DNA of 33,000 nucleotides. It comes from Botryllus schlosseri. Its lineage: Eukaryota. Position numbers and translations under genes: made by a program. Under the pieces are notes generated by a model. It searched no databases. It had not been told where the DNA came from and saw only the letters and a list, made by a program, of their open reading frames with translations. The stretch covers positions 13,144,001-13,177,000 of the forward strand of contig CM119383.1 of the NCBI GenBank assembly GCA_051294905.1, read 5' to 3'. Positions 24,201 through 31,100 of the stretch are shown in pieces; the first letter of the stretch is position 1; each line of letters starts with the position of its first letter.

Positions 24201-24913
24201 TATCCTGATATTGATCTACAAATGCAGTTCTCTGTTACCAATAAAAACTATTTATTTGATAAAGTGCTTGGTTTGTTTGCTTCTGTCAGCATAAACATTA
24301 TGAATTCGAACTGTCAGATCAAATATATATGTATGCCTCCATAATATGAGGATCTCCAAAACTCGACATTAACCCAAATGCTGAACTTGTGACAAAATCA
24401 GTTCGAAATTAGAGTCCACACAGTTATATTCATTATTGCTCCAAAAATTTTTGTTTGGAAAATTAATATTGAATATATTCCTACATATAATTTAAGACCA
24501 AAATCTTGTAGAAATGTAAGAGATAGTAAAGTGTGGAAAAAAATTCAAACCTTATTCAAGTTAGAACGGGCTCACATAAAATTCTGAAGTGATTAGCAAT
24601 CTTACTTCTTCAACTTGTAAATAATAACTTGAGGATCCAACAGTTCACTCAGAACAAGAGTCTGATTCGGCCTGAGATACCGTAACTGGAAGTAGTCTAT
24701 AATGCTGTGCTGTTGTCCTTCTGCGATCATATCAGGTGCAGATGTCTCCTCGATAAACGCATCGCAAAGATCTTCATCAATACCCGGACAATGTAGATTG
24801 GATGCCATTTTTCCATTAAAATATGCAGCTTCAATACCGTGACCTTCCCAAATCAAGGTCAATATCATTATGACACATGAGACAAGAAACAGATCCCTAC
24901 AGTGTCTCGGCAT
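179..24913 (-). CDS. Multi-exon gene (33 exons, 3'-incomplete): large secreted/cell-surface mucin-like protein with CARDB-like repeats, EGF/cbEGF, TSP1, NIDO, AMOP, VWD and C-terminal EGF repeats
   Basis: Exons below have GT(GC)-AG boundaries with matching phases and sum to 6876 nt (2292 codons) without stops. Recognised motifs: DVDEC cbEGF, WSAWS..CS.SCG.G.QTR.R.C (TSP1), [10 protein letters not shown] (NIDO), C..W..EP/CCY/CC..Y..KRP (AMOP), GDPTF.TLDG and GLMGNFD (VWD). Confidence 0.85.
608..733 (-). CDS. Exon: cbEGF ([12 protein letters not shown]...CLCQIGF)
   Basis: Within ORF 549..743; acceptor TTTAG, donor GTAGGC, phase 1->1. Confidence 0.9.
792..1001 (-). CDS. Exon: end of one EGF plus one full EGF-like domain (FTCGSCP..M.GDG..C; [16 protein letters not shown])
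   Basis: Within ORF 724..999; acceptor CCATAG, donor GTGATT, phase 1->1. Confidence 0.9.
1414..1558 (-). CDS. Exon: EGF-like ([14 protein letters not shown]...[10 protein letters not shown])
   Basis: Within ORF 1406..1588; acceptor GTACAG, donor GTAAAT, phase 0->1; 65-nt intron upstream. Confidence 0.85.
1624..1691 (-). CDS. Exon: [23 protein letters not shown], start of post-stalk EGF-like domain
   Basis: Acceptor TTGCAG, donor GTGAGT, phase 1->0; C-x-C-x-N-x-x-x-C pattern typical after the VWD stalk. Confidence 0.8.
1768..2363. mobile_element. Non-autonomous hAT-type MITE, family A copy 1 (596 bp) with subterminal GACTCGAGTC arrays
   Basis: TIR CAGGGTTGTAA...TTACAACCCTG; perfect 8-bp TSD ATATCAAT (1760-1767, 2364-2371); homologous to 8598-9341; no transposase ORF. 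Confidence 0.9.
2530..2685 (+). mobile_element. Retroelement (SINE/LINE) 3' fragment ending in a (TC)n tail
   Basis: Aligns by eye to 11001-11119 in the opposite orientation; shares CAGACTAGATGACCTT (2534-2549) with the SINE at 21194-21209; (TC)n at 2658-2685. Confidence 0.55.
2872..2919 (-). CDS. Candidate small exon ([16 protein letters not shown]) with a GC donor
   Basis: Acceptor CCTTAG; the only open frame is phase 1 and fits both neighbours if AG|GCGTGT is the donor. Confidence 0.4.
3267..3519 (-). CDS. Exon: post-VWD stalk (…[11 protein letters not shown]…[10 protein letters not shown])
   Basis: Within ORF 3241..3669; acceptor TTTCTATTCAG, donor CAG|GTTGGT, phase 0->1. Confidence 0.65.
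3760..4330. repeat. Unclassified interspersed-type repeat with internal ~208-bp and ~146-bp subrepeats and a terminal hairpin
   Basis: TACTGGCTACT(T/C)GATAAAATTGTTAGGT at 3774 and 3982; AAATTTGGTTCAATTCC at 4033 and 4179 (degenerate at ~3824); perfect 29-bp inverted repeat 4233-4261/4293-4321. Confidence 0.6.
4399..4644 (-). CDS. Exon: Cys-containing region following VWD (…[27 protein letters not shown]…)
   Basis: Within ORF 4393..4680; acceptor TTTACCAG, donor GTATAG, phase 0->0. Confidence 0.75.
5608..5834 (-). CDS. Exon: VWD C-terminal part ([11 protein letters not shown]…WEFVKSW)
   Basis: Extends ORF 5521..5802; acceptor TTTCGTCAG, donor GTAAGC, phase 1->0; completes GLMG|NFD. Confidence 0.85.
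6814..6969 (-). CDS. Exon: VWD middle part (…[14 protein letters not shown])
   Basis: Within ORF 6722..7006; acceptor ATTTCAG, donor GTGAGG, phase 1->1. Confidence 0.85.
7801..8145 (-). CDS. Exon: AMOP end / VWD N-terminal part ([20 protein letters not shown]…GQYIL)
   Basis: Within ORF 7664..8137; acceptor ATTCACAG, donor AG|GTTATA, phase 1->1; GDPH-like VWD start. Confidence 0.85.
8598..9341. mobile_element. Non-autonomous hAT-type MITE, family A copy 2 (744 bp)
   Basis: TIR CAGGGTTGTAA...TTCCAACCCTG; perfect 8-bp TSD GACCATAC (8590-8597, 9342-9349); collinear with 1768-2363 but with an extra internal segment at about 8842-9104. Confidence 0.9.
9620..9750 (-). CDS. Exon: AMOP C-terminal part (HSDKSS…LPQMHCC…[11 protein letters not shown])
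   Basis: Within ORF 9549..9791; acceptor CTTTTAG, donor GTAAGT, phase 2->1. Confidence 0.85.
10638..10777 (-). CDS. Exon: AMOP core ([18 protein letters not shown]…)
   Basis: Within ORF 10634..10822; acceptor TTTCTTCAG, donor GTAACG, phase 0->2. Confidence 0.8.
10833..10913 (-). CDS. Exon: AMOP linker ([27 protein letters not shown])
   Basis: Acceptor TATTTCAG, donor AAG|GTAGCT, phase 0->0, 27 codons; 55-nt intron downstream. Confidence 0.65.
11001..11119 (-). mobile_element. Second copy of the retroelement 3' fragment seen at 2530-2685
   Basis: Reverse complement GATCATTCCTATCTGATACCGAATATTG…TAATTCGGTAGGATGAAAA matches the 2560-2652 region. Confidence 0.6.
11613..11725 (-). CDS. Exon: AMOP start ([13 protein letters not shown]…[10 protein letters not shown])
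   Basis: Acceptor GTTTTCAG, donor GTTGGT, phase 1->0; C-x-x-W..EP..CP.T is the AMOP N-terminal signature. Confidence 0.85.
11941..12050 (-). CDS. Exon: NIDO C-terminal part ([11 protein letters not shown]…[14 protein letters not shown])
   Basis: Acceptor TTTTTAG, donor AAG|GTATGT, phase 2->1. Confidence 0.8.
12342..12910 (-). CDS. Exon: NIDO domain (SNGIF…FLPLWA…TVTW…[18 protein letters not shown]); alternative 5' boundary 12986
   Basis: ORF 12338..12937; donor AG|GTAACC; acceptor TGTCTACAG (12910, phase 0) or CTATCCCAG (12986, phase 2). Confidence 0.85.
13271..13553. mobile_element. Degenerate hAT (Buster/Charlie-like) MITE
   Basis: Left CAGTTCTTAAACTGGGGCACATGGACCCC; right GGGTTCACGCC…ATTAAGAAAAATTG; flanks ATATAATC/ATGTAATG match 6/8. 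Confidence 0.45.
13864..13912 (-). CDS. 49-nt exon between the EGF-like segment and NIDO; reading frame ambiguous
   Basis: Acceptor GTGTAG, donor GTGAGT; open in two frames, each giving a consistent path. Confidence 0.65.
14016..14154 (-). CDS. Exon: TSP1 end ([14 protein letters not shown]) plus partial EGF-like segment
   Basis: Within ORF 13913..14230; tandem AAG/CAG acceptor, donor AG|GTATGT (alternative 14005). Confidence 0.8.
14492..14637 (-). CDS. Exon: thrombospondin type-1 repeat ([25 protein letters not shown])
   Basis: Within ORF 14403..14651; acceptor TTTTAG, donor GTAAGG, phase 2->1. Confidence 0.92.
15179..15302 (-). CDS. Exon: cbEGF end plus next EGF-like ([10 protein letters not shown]…[11 protein letters not shown])
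   Basis: Within ORF 15154..15468; acceptor TTGTTAG, donor GTATGG, phase 1->2. Confidence 0.88.
15360..15479 (-). CDS. Exon: EGF end / cbEGF start (DCPRG…[13 protein letters not shown]…CHNTEG)
   Basis: Acceptor ATCTCAG, donor GTGAGA, phase 1->1. Confidence 0.88.
15814..16027 (-). CDS. Exon: end of last CARDB-like repeat plus cbEGF (MNEC…[13 protein letters not shown])
   Basis: Extends ORF 15779..16009; acceptor GTCTGTAG, donor GTAAAG, phase 0->1. Confidence 0.88.
16551..16947 (-). CDS. Exon: CARDB-like beta-sandwich repeat (…[19 protein letters not shown])
   Basis: Extends ORF 16539..16916; acceptor TTTATCACAG, donor CAG|GTAACT, phase 2->0. Confidence 0.8.
17010..17054 (-). CDS. Small exon ([15 protein letters not shown])
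   Basis: Donor GTAAGA; acceptor TGTTAG chosen to fit phase 2->2; 5' boundary uncertain. Confidence 0.5.
17435..17541 (-). CDS. Exon ([17 protein letters not shown]…NCPTET)
   Basis: Acceptor CTTTCAG, donor GTGAGT, single open frame, phase 0->2. Confidence 0.75.
18042..19278 (-). CDS. Large exon (1237 nt): several beta-sandwich/CARDB-like repeats
   Basis: ORF 18000..19322; acceptor TCTTACAG, donor AAG|GTATGC, phase 2->0; contains [41 protein letters not shown]. Confidence 0.85.
19411..20305. mobile_element. Non-autonomous hAT-type element, family B, with TCGAG/CTCGA subterminal motifs; host of a nested MITE
   Basis: TIR TAGGGCTGG(A/G)CA…TGCCCAGCCCTA; flanks ATCATAAC/GTCACAAC (6/8, both transitions); 18-bp palindrome GATTCGAGTACTCGAATC at 19427-19444. 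Confidence 0.75.
19531..19900. mobile_element. hAT (Buster/Charlie-like) MITE, family C copy 1, nested in the 19411-20305 element
   Basis: Ends CAGTGGTTCCCAA…TTGGGAGTCAATG; TSD CACTAACA/CACTAAGA; homologous along its length to 27575-27960. Confidence 0.85.
20537..21008. mobile_element. Kolobok-like non-autonomous foldback element (472 bp, ~150-bp TIRs)
   Basis: TTAA on both sides (20533-20536, 21009-21012); termini AGGGGCACTGCAC…GTGCAGTGCCCCT; near-perfect inverted arms 20537-20684 / 20859-21008. Confidence 0.85.
21107..21373 (-). mobile_element. tRNA-derived SINE with (TC)n tail
   Basis: Minus strand: A-box-like TAGTGTAATAGT (~21351-21362), B-box GGTTCGACCCC (21308-21318), body GGGTCAGACCAAAGACTCGAAAACTGGTATCC…GGCGCTCAGCA, (TC)n tail at 21107-21124. 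Confidence 0.8.
22259..22460 (-). CDS. Exon ([20 protein letters not shown]…ISSKLQR)
   Basis: ORF 22255..22455; acceptor TTTCCAG, donor AG|GTAAGA, phase 1->2. Confidence 0.8.
22651..22784 (-). CDS. Exon ([24 protein letters not shown]…IIQIT); alternative 5' boundary 22764
   Basis: Within ORF 22619..22834; donor GTAAGT; acceptor ATTTTAG. Confidence 0.7.
23075..23149 (-). CDS. 75-nt exon, open in two frames
   Basis: Strong acceptor TTTCCCCCAG and donor GTAAGT; length is a multiple of 3. Confidence 0.6.
23593..23845 (-). CDS. Exon: CARDB-like repeat N-half ([11 protein letters not shown]…[20 protein letters not shown])
   Basis: ORF 23565..23840; acceptor TTCTTTTAG; donor AG|GTTCGT (alternative 23604). 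Confidence 0.75.
23915..24153 (-). CDS. Exon: CARDB-like repeat C-half ([13 protein letters not shown]…[13 protein letters not shown])
   Basis: Extends ORF 23910..24110; acceptor TTTTTTCAG, donor GTTAGA, phase 2->1. Confidence 0.8.
24606..24913 (-). CDS. Putative first coding exon with signal-peptide-like N-terminus ([26 protein letters not shown])
   Basis: ORF 24602..24913; donor GTAAGA in phase 2 matches the next exon; splice acceptor TTTGTAG 36 nt upstream of the ATG (exon boundary 24949). Confidence 0.75.
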
Positions 24914-25019
24914 AGTACATGTCAGTGCAGATGGCAGCCGATCTCGTACCTACAAACTCAATAAAATCAAAAAAGATGCATCACATTCAGGTTGCTTTCA
25001 TAAAATGTAAGCCTGCCTA

Positions 25020-25127
25020 TCACACGTTTTTTAAAGAACCTGTTTCGGAATCCAATGATAAAATCATCACTTCAATTTGGAAATAAATGTCCATTTCATG
25101 AAGAAAACCAACAGTACAGGAATATTC
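25020..25127 (-). CDS. Candidate terminal (or linking) exon of the upstream region (EYSCTVGFLHEMDIYFQIEVMILSLDSETGSLKNV*)
   Basis: Acceptor GTGTAG, 35 open codons then TGA; weak donor AAC|GTGTGA at 25026/25025 would be in phase with the 24949 acceptor. Confidence 0.4.
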   Translation of the reverse strand, partial: EYSCTVGFLHEMDIYFQIEVMILSLDSETGSLKNV

Positions 25128-28100
25128 CTACACAATTTGAGTAGCTTAATCGAACACAACAAGCGATGTTTGAATATACACTTGTATAACCTTTCTCAAA
25201 TGTTTATTCGAGCAACTATGGGAATTTTGATGCACTCTGCCTTAGCACTATTGAATTCTGGTTTAATCGATAGAGATTCAACTATATTCGATCACTACAG
25301 TGTCAAAAATTCACTGTATTAGATAAATGTTTGTGATGACAATGAGTTTAAGCCGTATTGCATTATGGCTTGTATTAAAAGAGGGGGAACAAAAAGAATC
25401 AAAATAAATTTATCCTACAAAAATTCCGTAAAGCAAAATGAGTTTATGTATAATTATAAATAAATGCCTAAACATTGGTTGATTCGTACTTATGAGAATG
25501 TTCAGTGCAAAACAAAATCACCACATCATCAAATACATTACTCATTCAGCAGTGCCTTACCTGAGACAGAAAGCATATACCGCAGTTGCCCACTAACACA
25601 GAACATGTCTTCAAATGCAGCAATTCCGTTGCAAGATATAGTAGCCACAGTGTGTTGCTCAAAATCTAAAACAAGATCCATAGCAGATTTAATGATTCCA
25701 TGTCATACTTTTCGCGATCATACCTGTATCAATCTCGGTGACATTGCATTTGATAGTCAAAGAAGCCGGTAATGTGAAATTATTCGCATGAATGTGATCA
25801 ACGGCTATTAAGAGTTCAACTTTGATTTGCGCAAAGTCCAATTTGGTTTCATTCAATTCCACAAGAGCAGCTCGTTGGAAAATATCGTCTACGACTTCAA
25901 ATTTAATTGGGTACGGGATCGATGGATATACGGTGCTTTGAAGTGCATATTTAATGTCAGCGTATATAGACGCATACTCAGAATCACAAAGAATATACAC
26001 CAACTGATCGTGCTCCATACTGGTCTGTGAATTTGTAATGGGTGAAAAGGTATAGGATTCAAAGTGCAATGTCATTTTCCAAATTTTTCCACAAATCCTG
26101 CTATGTGATGGTATGTTCAGAGGAATGGTATAGTGGGAACTGCCAAGATACAGTCCATTCCTGTTAAAATCCTGGTGATCTAGATAAAACAAACCTACTA
26201 GTCTTTGACCAGATATGAGAGGAATTTCATCAAAGTCTTCATGTTTGGCAAAAGGGTTTTGGTTACTAATCATTACCGACATGCTCATATTCATGTACAC
26301 ATCATTGTTCACAACATCACGGTGGTAGTAATTTTCTTCCGATATGACTTCAATGGTAATTGCCTTATTTGAATGAAGAATAGAGGGGATTTTGGTATTG
26401 ACATGAAAGTATGGTACGCTTAAATATGCGTCTTCACATCCAACCAATTTCAATTCCAGTGCAAGATAGTTGTTGTCATTTTCAATGATCTCTTCATAAA
26501 ACCCTGAAAGGGAATTGAGAAACGTAAATCCAACATAATATGACAATATTTGTTGTCCTTAAAGAAACAAGGAAATTTTACAGTCTAAGGGTGTGAGAAA
26601 TGTTTTAGTTTTGACACCTTCCTATGTTTTCATTATATCGGAATATTGTGGTGTTTTTGAATTAATAAAAATATCAATAAATGACAAACTGAAGTGTTGA
26701 CATGTTAGGAGCCATACATGTGTGTGTAGTACTTTTAGAACTCAGGTATAGGCTGCATAAGCTGTCTTGCTACACACTGTTAAAAAGATGTATTTGAAGT
26801 TTGAAAACAACATTCTTTCAGATAAATACCTACACTCTAGGAATTCGTGAGTAAAAGAGTTTACAATAAACGCAGTGTTTTACTGAGGAATACAACACCT
26901 AAACGAATTCAAATCAAAAATGGAAAGTGATTCGTCAAACCTTGAGATTACTTCACCTCAATGGAATGGGATAGGATAAGCAATGGGCTGATTAGTGGCC
27001 ATGCTTGTGTTACATGGTAATTACTTGGCAGTAAAATATATTGATTGTTCCACAACTCTAATACGACAGTGAGGTGGAGATAATCTTGCTGAGCTCGAAG
27101 TCAAAAAATGTATGGGAAATAATTTACAATTTTCCACTACATAGTCGGAAGAATTTCTCAACTACCATCTTTAGCATGAGCAACGAACCTTCTTTGTCAG
27201 TAGCGGCAATGAGAAAGATAGTGTTATTCAGGTTCATAAAGCGGGAACAAAACTGTATGTCAACGTATTGGAACAGCCCAATCCCGCCTTCGATATCAAA
27301 CACTTGGTTGTACGGTAGATATGAATTCCTAAAAAAACAAGATTGCATCAGTATATGGAAGTCTACGTCCGACAGCACCAGTAATTCTACTTTTTTGGAG
27401 TACTCAAGTCGGTTTTGCCTGCTTACACTGCATACTCAAGTGAGTATGAGATTACTTCCCTTCCACTGATTGTATTAAAATTTTGCAGGCAAAATTACTT
27501 GCTTTTTACACTTTGGAATTTATCAAGTAGAATGCAATCTTAAGATGTGTTTGTATCACATTTACTGGTTATATCATTCCTTCCTAATGTGGCCGACATC
27601 GCCCCAGTGGGCCATTTTGAGAAACAATTGGGCAACTGGGGGCGATAGCGAGCGAAAATGTTAGAACATCCAGTGAGATATATTTAATTACCACAGCTAA
27701 AAATGCACGTGAAGACGGATTATTCCACGTGATGCGATAAGAAAAGTCAACTCAACGGGAAGTAAACGTGGAAACCGGTTTTCCAAGCACCTACTCAGAA
27801 AAAGGACCTTTTTTTAGTCAATTCACCAGCGATTAGAGGTATGTAAATAAATTTTCTGTCTATATGACCTCTTTTTCTGATCCGTAAATATGGAAGGGGG
27901 TGAAAATTTGTATCGAGCTTGATAAGGGGGCGGTGATTCGAAAAAATTTGGGAATCACTGGGTTAAATTGTCATAACAACAGTGTGAAATAGCCTTTGCG
28001 TCACGACAACTGAAAATATTTCTATAAAATTGCACCTATTTCTATTGTAACTAGTCATTTTGCGTTAGTCGCGAAGATGTATTCTTCAATTTCAAAGGTA

Positions 28101-31100
28101 GCCACAAGCGATTATTCCTAAAAGATGGCAGATCTTGGATTATCCAAAGTAATTACTCGTGTACCTTTACCAACATTTCATTTGTATTCCATTCGGAGCA
28201 GCGTCAGTGTATCTTAGATATTGATACTCCTATTTACAGTGTCACTTCTACTTCTACTCATCTAGCACTATCCACAACTGTGACCACCACTGCAGCTCAC
28301 CATACTTCAGAACGAGCCCGGTTGCTGGTGATCCCAGCATAGACCATCACGTCATCTTCCGAAAGCTGACCATCTTTAGAAATGTAGAACGAGTATGTCG
28401 GTCTATGGGACTGGGATCCACTTGAACCTGACTGCTGCGGGTCTTGTAATATTTCTTGATCGATCTCGACGGAAGTCGCTACACCGACACGAAGAGATAT
28501 GGTAACTGGTTGTTTTTGAGATACGTCATACAAATTTGACAGAGAAGTGAAGCTGATAATGGACATATCTACATGGGCAGCCCAGTCCTTCTTGCAGATA
28601 GACACAATTTTAGATGCTTCTTCATGAATTATTGGATCTCCGTTTCCAAAAAGCTGCTCTTTGTTTGAAATTGAAATTCCAAGATACCTGAGAAGCAATA
28701 GATTGAAAACATCATAACTTACGTAGGAGCATACTGTCAATTCAATAATCTAGCATCTGAAATGGGTGATATGGAGATATTGGGAGTTCGTGTTGAATTT
28801 TGAATATTTCTTTTTGCGATTACCACTTTCCATCAATTTATATTTCCCCTGGTTCCAACATTGTCTCTTAGATACACCCAGAGTCTCATATCAAACCTTG
28901 GATGATTAGATGTCAAATATGTCAACACTGGCGAGCTATAAAAACAACTGGTATTCTAGATATCCGATAGTAGCTAATAGTATATTGATTTGAAGGTGAC
29001 ACGGGAAAGAAGTTCAAGATCTTTTTCATTTTCAGCAATGGAATTTAGAATGTAACAGAATTGAATTGAATCCGGATGAAAAACTGTTGCTTTTAAAATC
29101 AATATTAAAATAGTGCTGATAAATTTGTCAAATTTGACACTGACAAGTATTTTAGAAAACGCAAATATAAATTTCGCTAAAACTGTATTTCAAATTGCTT
29201 AGTGGCAACTGATGGAGTCACATAGAATGGAGTGGTCAAATTTAATTTGATGTCATCAACGTTAACTTATTTTTATAAACAAAAATGGCATTCACCATAC
29301 CTTACAATAAAATTAAGAGTAAACAATGAAACACATACCACTCTTTTCGGCATTGCTCAGGTTCCGCATCAATTTGTAGAAAACCTCCGGCGATATATTC
29401 GAATGTGAACATATTTTCATCGGATATAGATTCTATTTTGGAATGAGGAATATTTAGAAATTGACTTCTGTATTTGTCATAATCTTTCCAAAGAAGGTGA
29501 TTGCGTAACGATGAATTTTCAACATAGTAAACAACTCCTTTCGTGCCATCAATGGCTCTTGTTTCCAATTTCATCCTGTTTGGTAAATGATAATAAAGCA
29601 TATTAGCGTATCCTAATAATGCAATCAATTGCATGATAAGCAAATGATGACAGGAGATGAAGACTGAAATGCACGAGGAAAATCGGAAAGTTCAGATAGT
29701 GTTTGATTTTAGCTTTTAGAAGTACGTTCATCATGTTGCGTATGATAACCTTCACTGAACGTTGTTGTACAATCTACATGTACTTTATACCACATACTAA
29801 AATTCGGCGCCCCAAATCAGTTAAGCTTGATTTCACAAGTCTACTTATACGTGACTAAGCGCATTACGTACCTAGATTACATCTGCAAAATTGAAGTAAG
29901 AGTTGAAGAATACTTACTGCATCTCCGCTTCTCTGAATGTATTCATAATAGAACTGCAATCTGACCCATTACAGGTAACTGATAATGCTATTTCAACTGG
30001 CATGGGATATCCAAAGAAGACATGTCTTTGAATATTTTTGATCTGTAAAACAATGTCTTCTATAATGGCCTCTCCACAGACCATAGAAACTATTTACCTT
30101 GACAGAGGTTGATACAAGGGTTGAATTTGCGCTGTCTTCACACACAGAATCGAACGGTATTGAGTGGACACCTGATAAAATCTCAATCGCATGTCTAGGA
30201 AATGTGCAATTCTTACAATCATCTTCCATAACAACCGCTTGAAACATGAGATTATCAATGGCATTGTTTGCGGGCAGGGTTAACATATATTTTCCAGTCC
30301 ACGAGAAAATACGTCGTCGATATAGGCCATTGACAACATCGTCATCTGTTTTAAAATATGAAATTATAAACAGTCGACAAAATATAATTTGGGACGGGCA
30401 TGGGTAAGCTATGTAATCGTTTTGCAATACTGACAGCTTTTACGGTAATATTACTTACAATTACGATACATTAGATTAAGATGTAAACTCAAATTGATAC
30501 TCACCTAGTAAAATGGAGTCCATTTCAAGCAGTTTTCCAGGAAGCGCAGGAGAAACAACAAGATCATGAGTTTCAACAGAGTCTGACGCCAAATCAAGAT
30601 CATAAGATTGATGCAACACATGAATTGCAAAGTCTGCAACAAAATCACTTTGAGAACAGCTTTTGTTTCTGCTACACCGGCGAAAAGATTCGCAATAGGA
30701 CGGTTCACTCGAAAGTTGAATGTTCTGTACCTTTACGATTTGTCGACTGTAACAATCGACTGGTACATGGAAAGCAATGTAGTTATTTGAAAATATAAGG
30801 TCATTAGTATCATCGATCTTCATCAGTAAAATATGCACCCCTAGATTACAAGGCTCGTGAAATACACCGCTGAACAATGTCTTTTCATAATCAAATCCGA
30901 ATGTTATAGATTGATAAAGATAAACTCCATCGTCTGTTGATAAGCATTTGAGAATTTGAGAGTGGAGGATAGCTAACGATACGTCAGAATAGTCAAATAT
31001 TTCATCGCATGATGCAGCAGCAGCCCAGTTAATGACATCACCACATTTGCTGCCAGTAACATGCATCCAAGAATGATACGTGATCCAATGCTCGCTTTCC

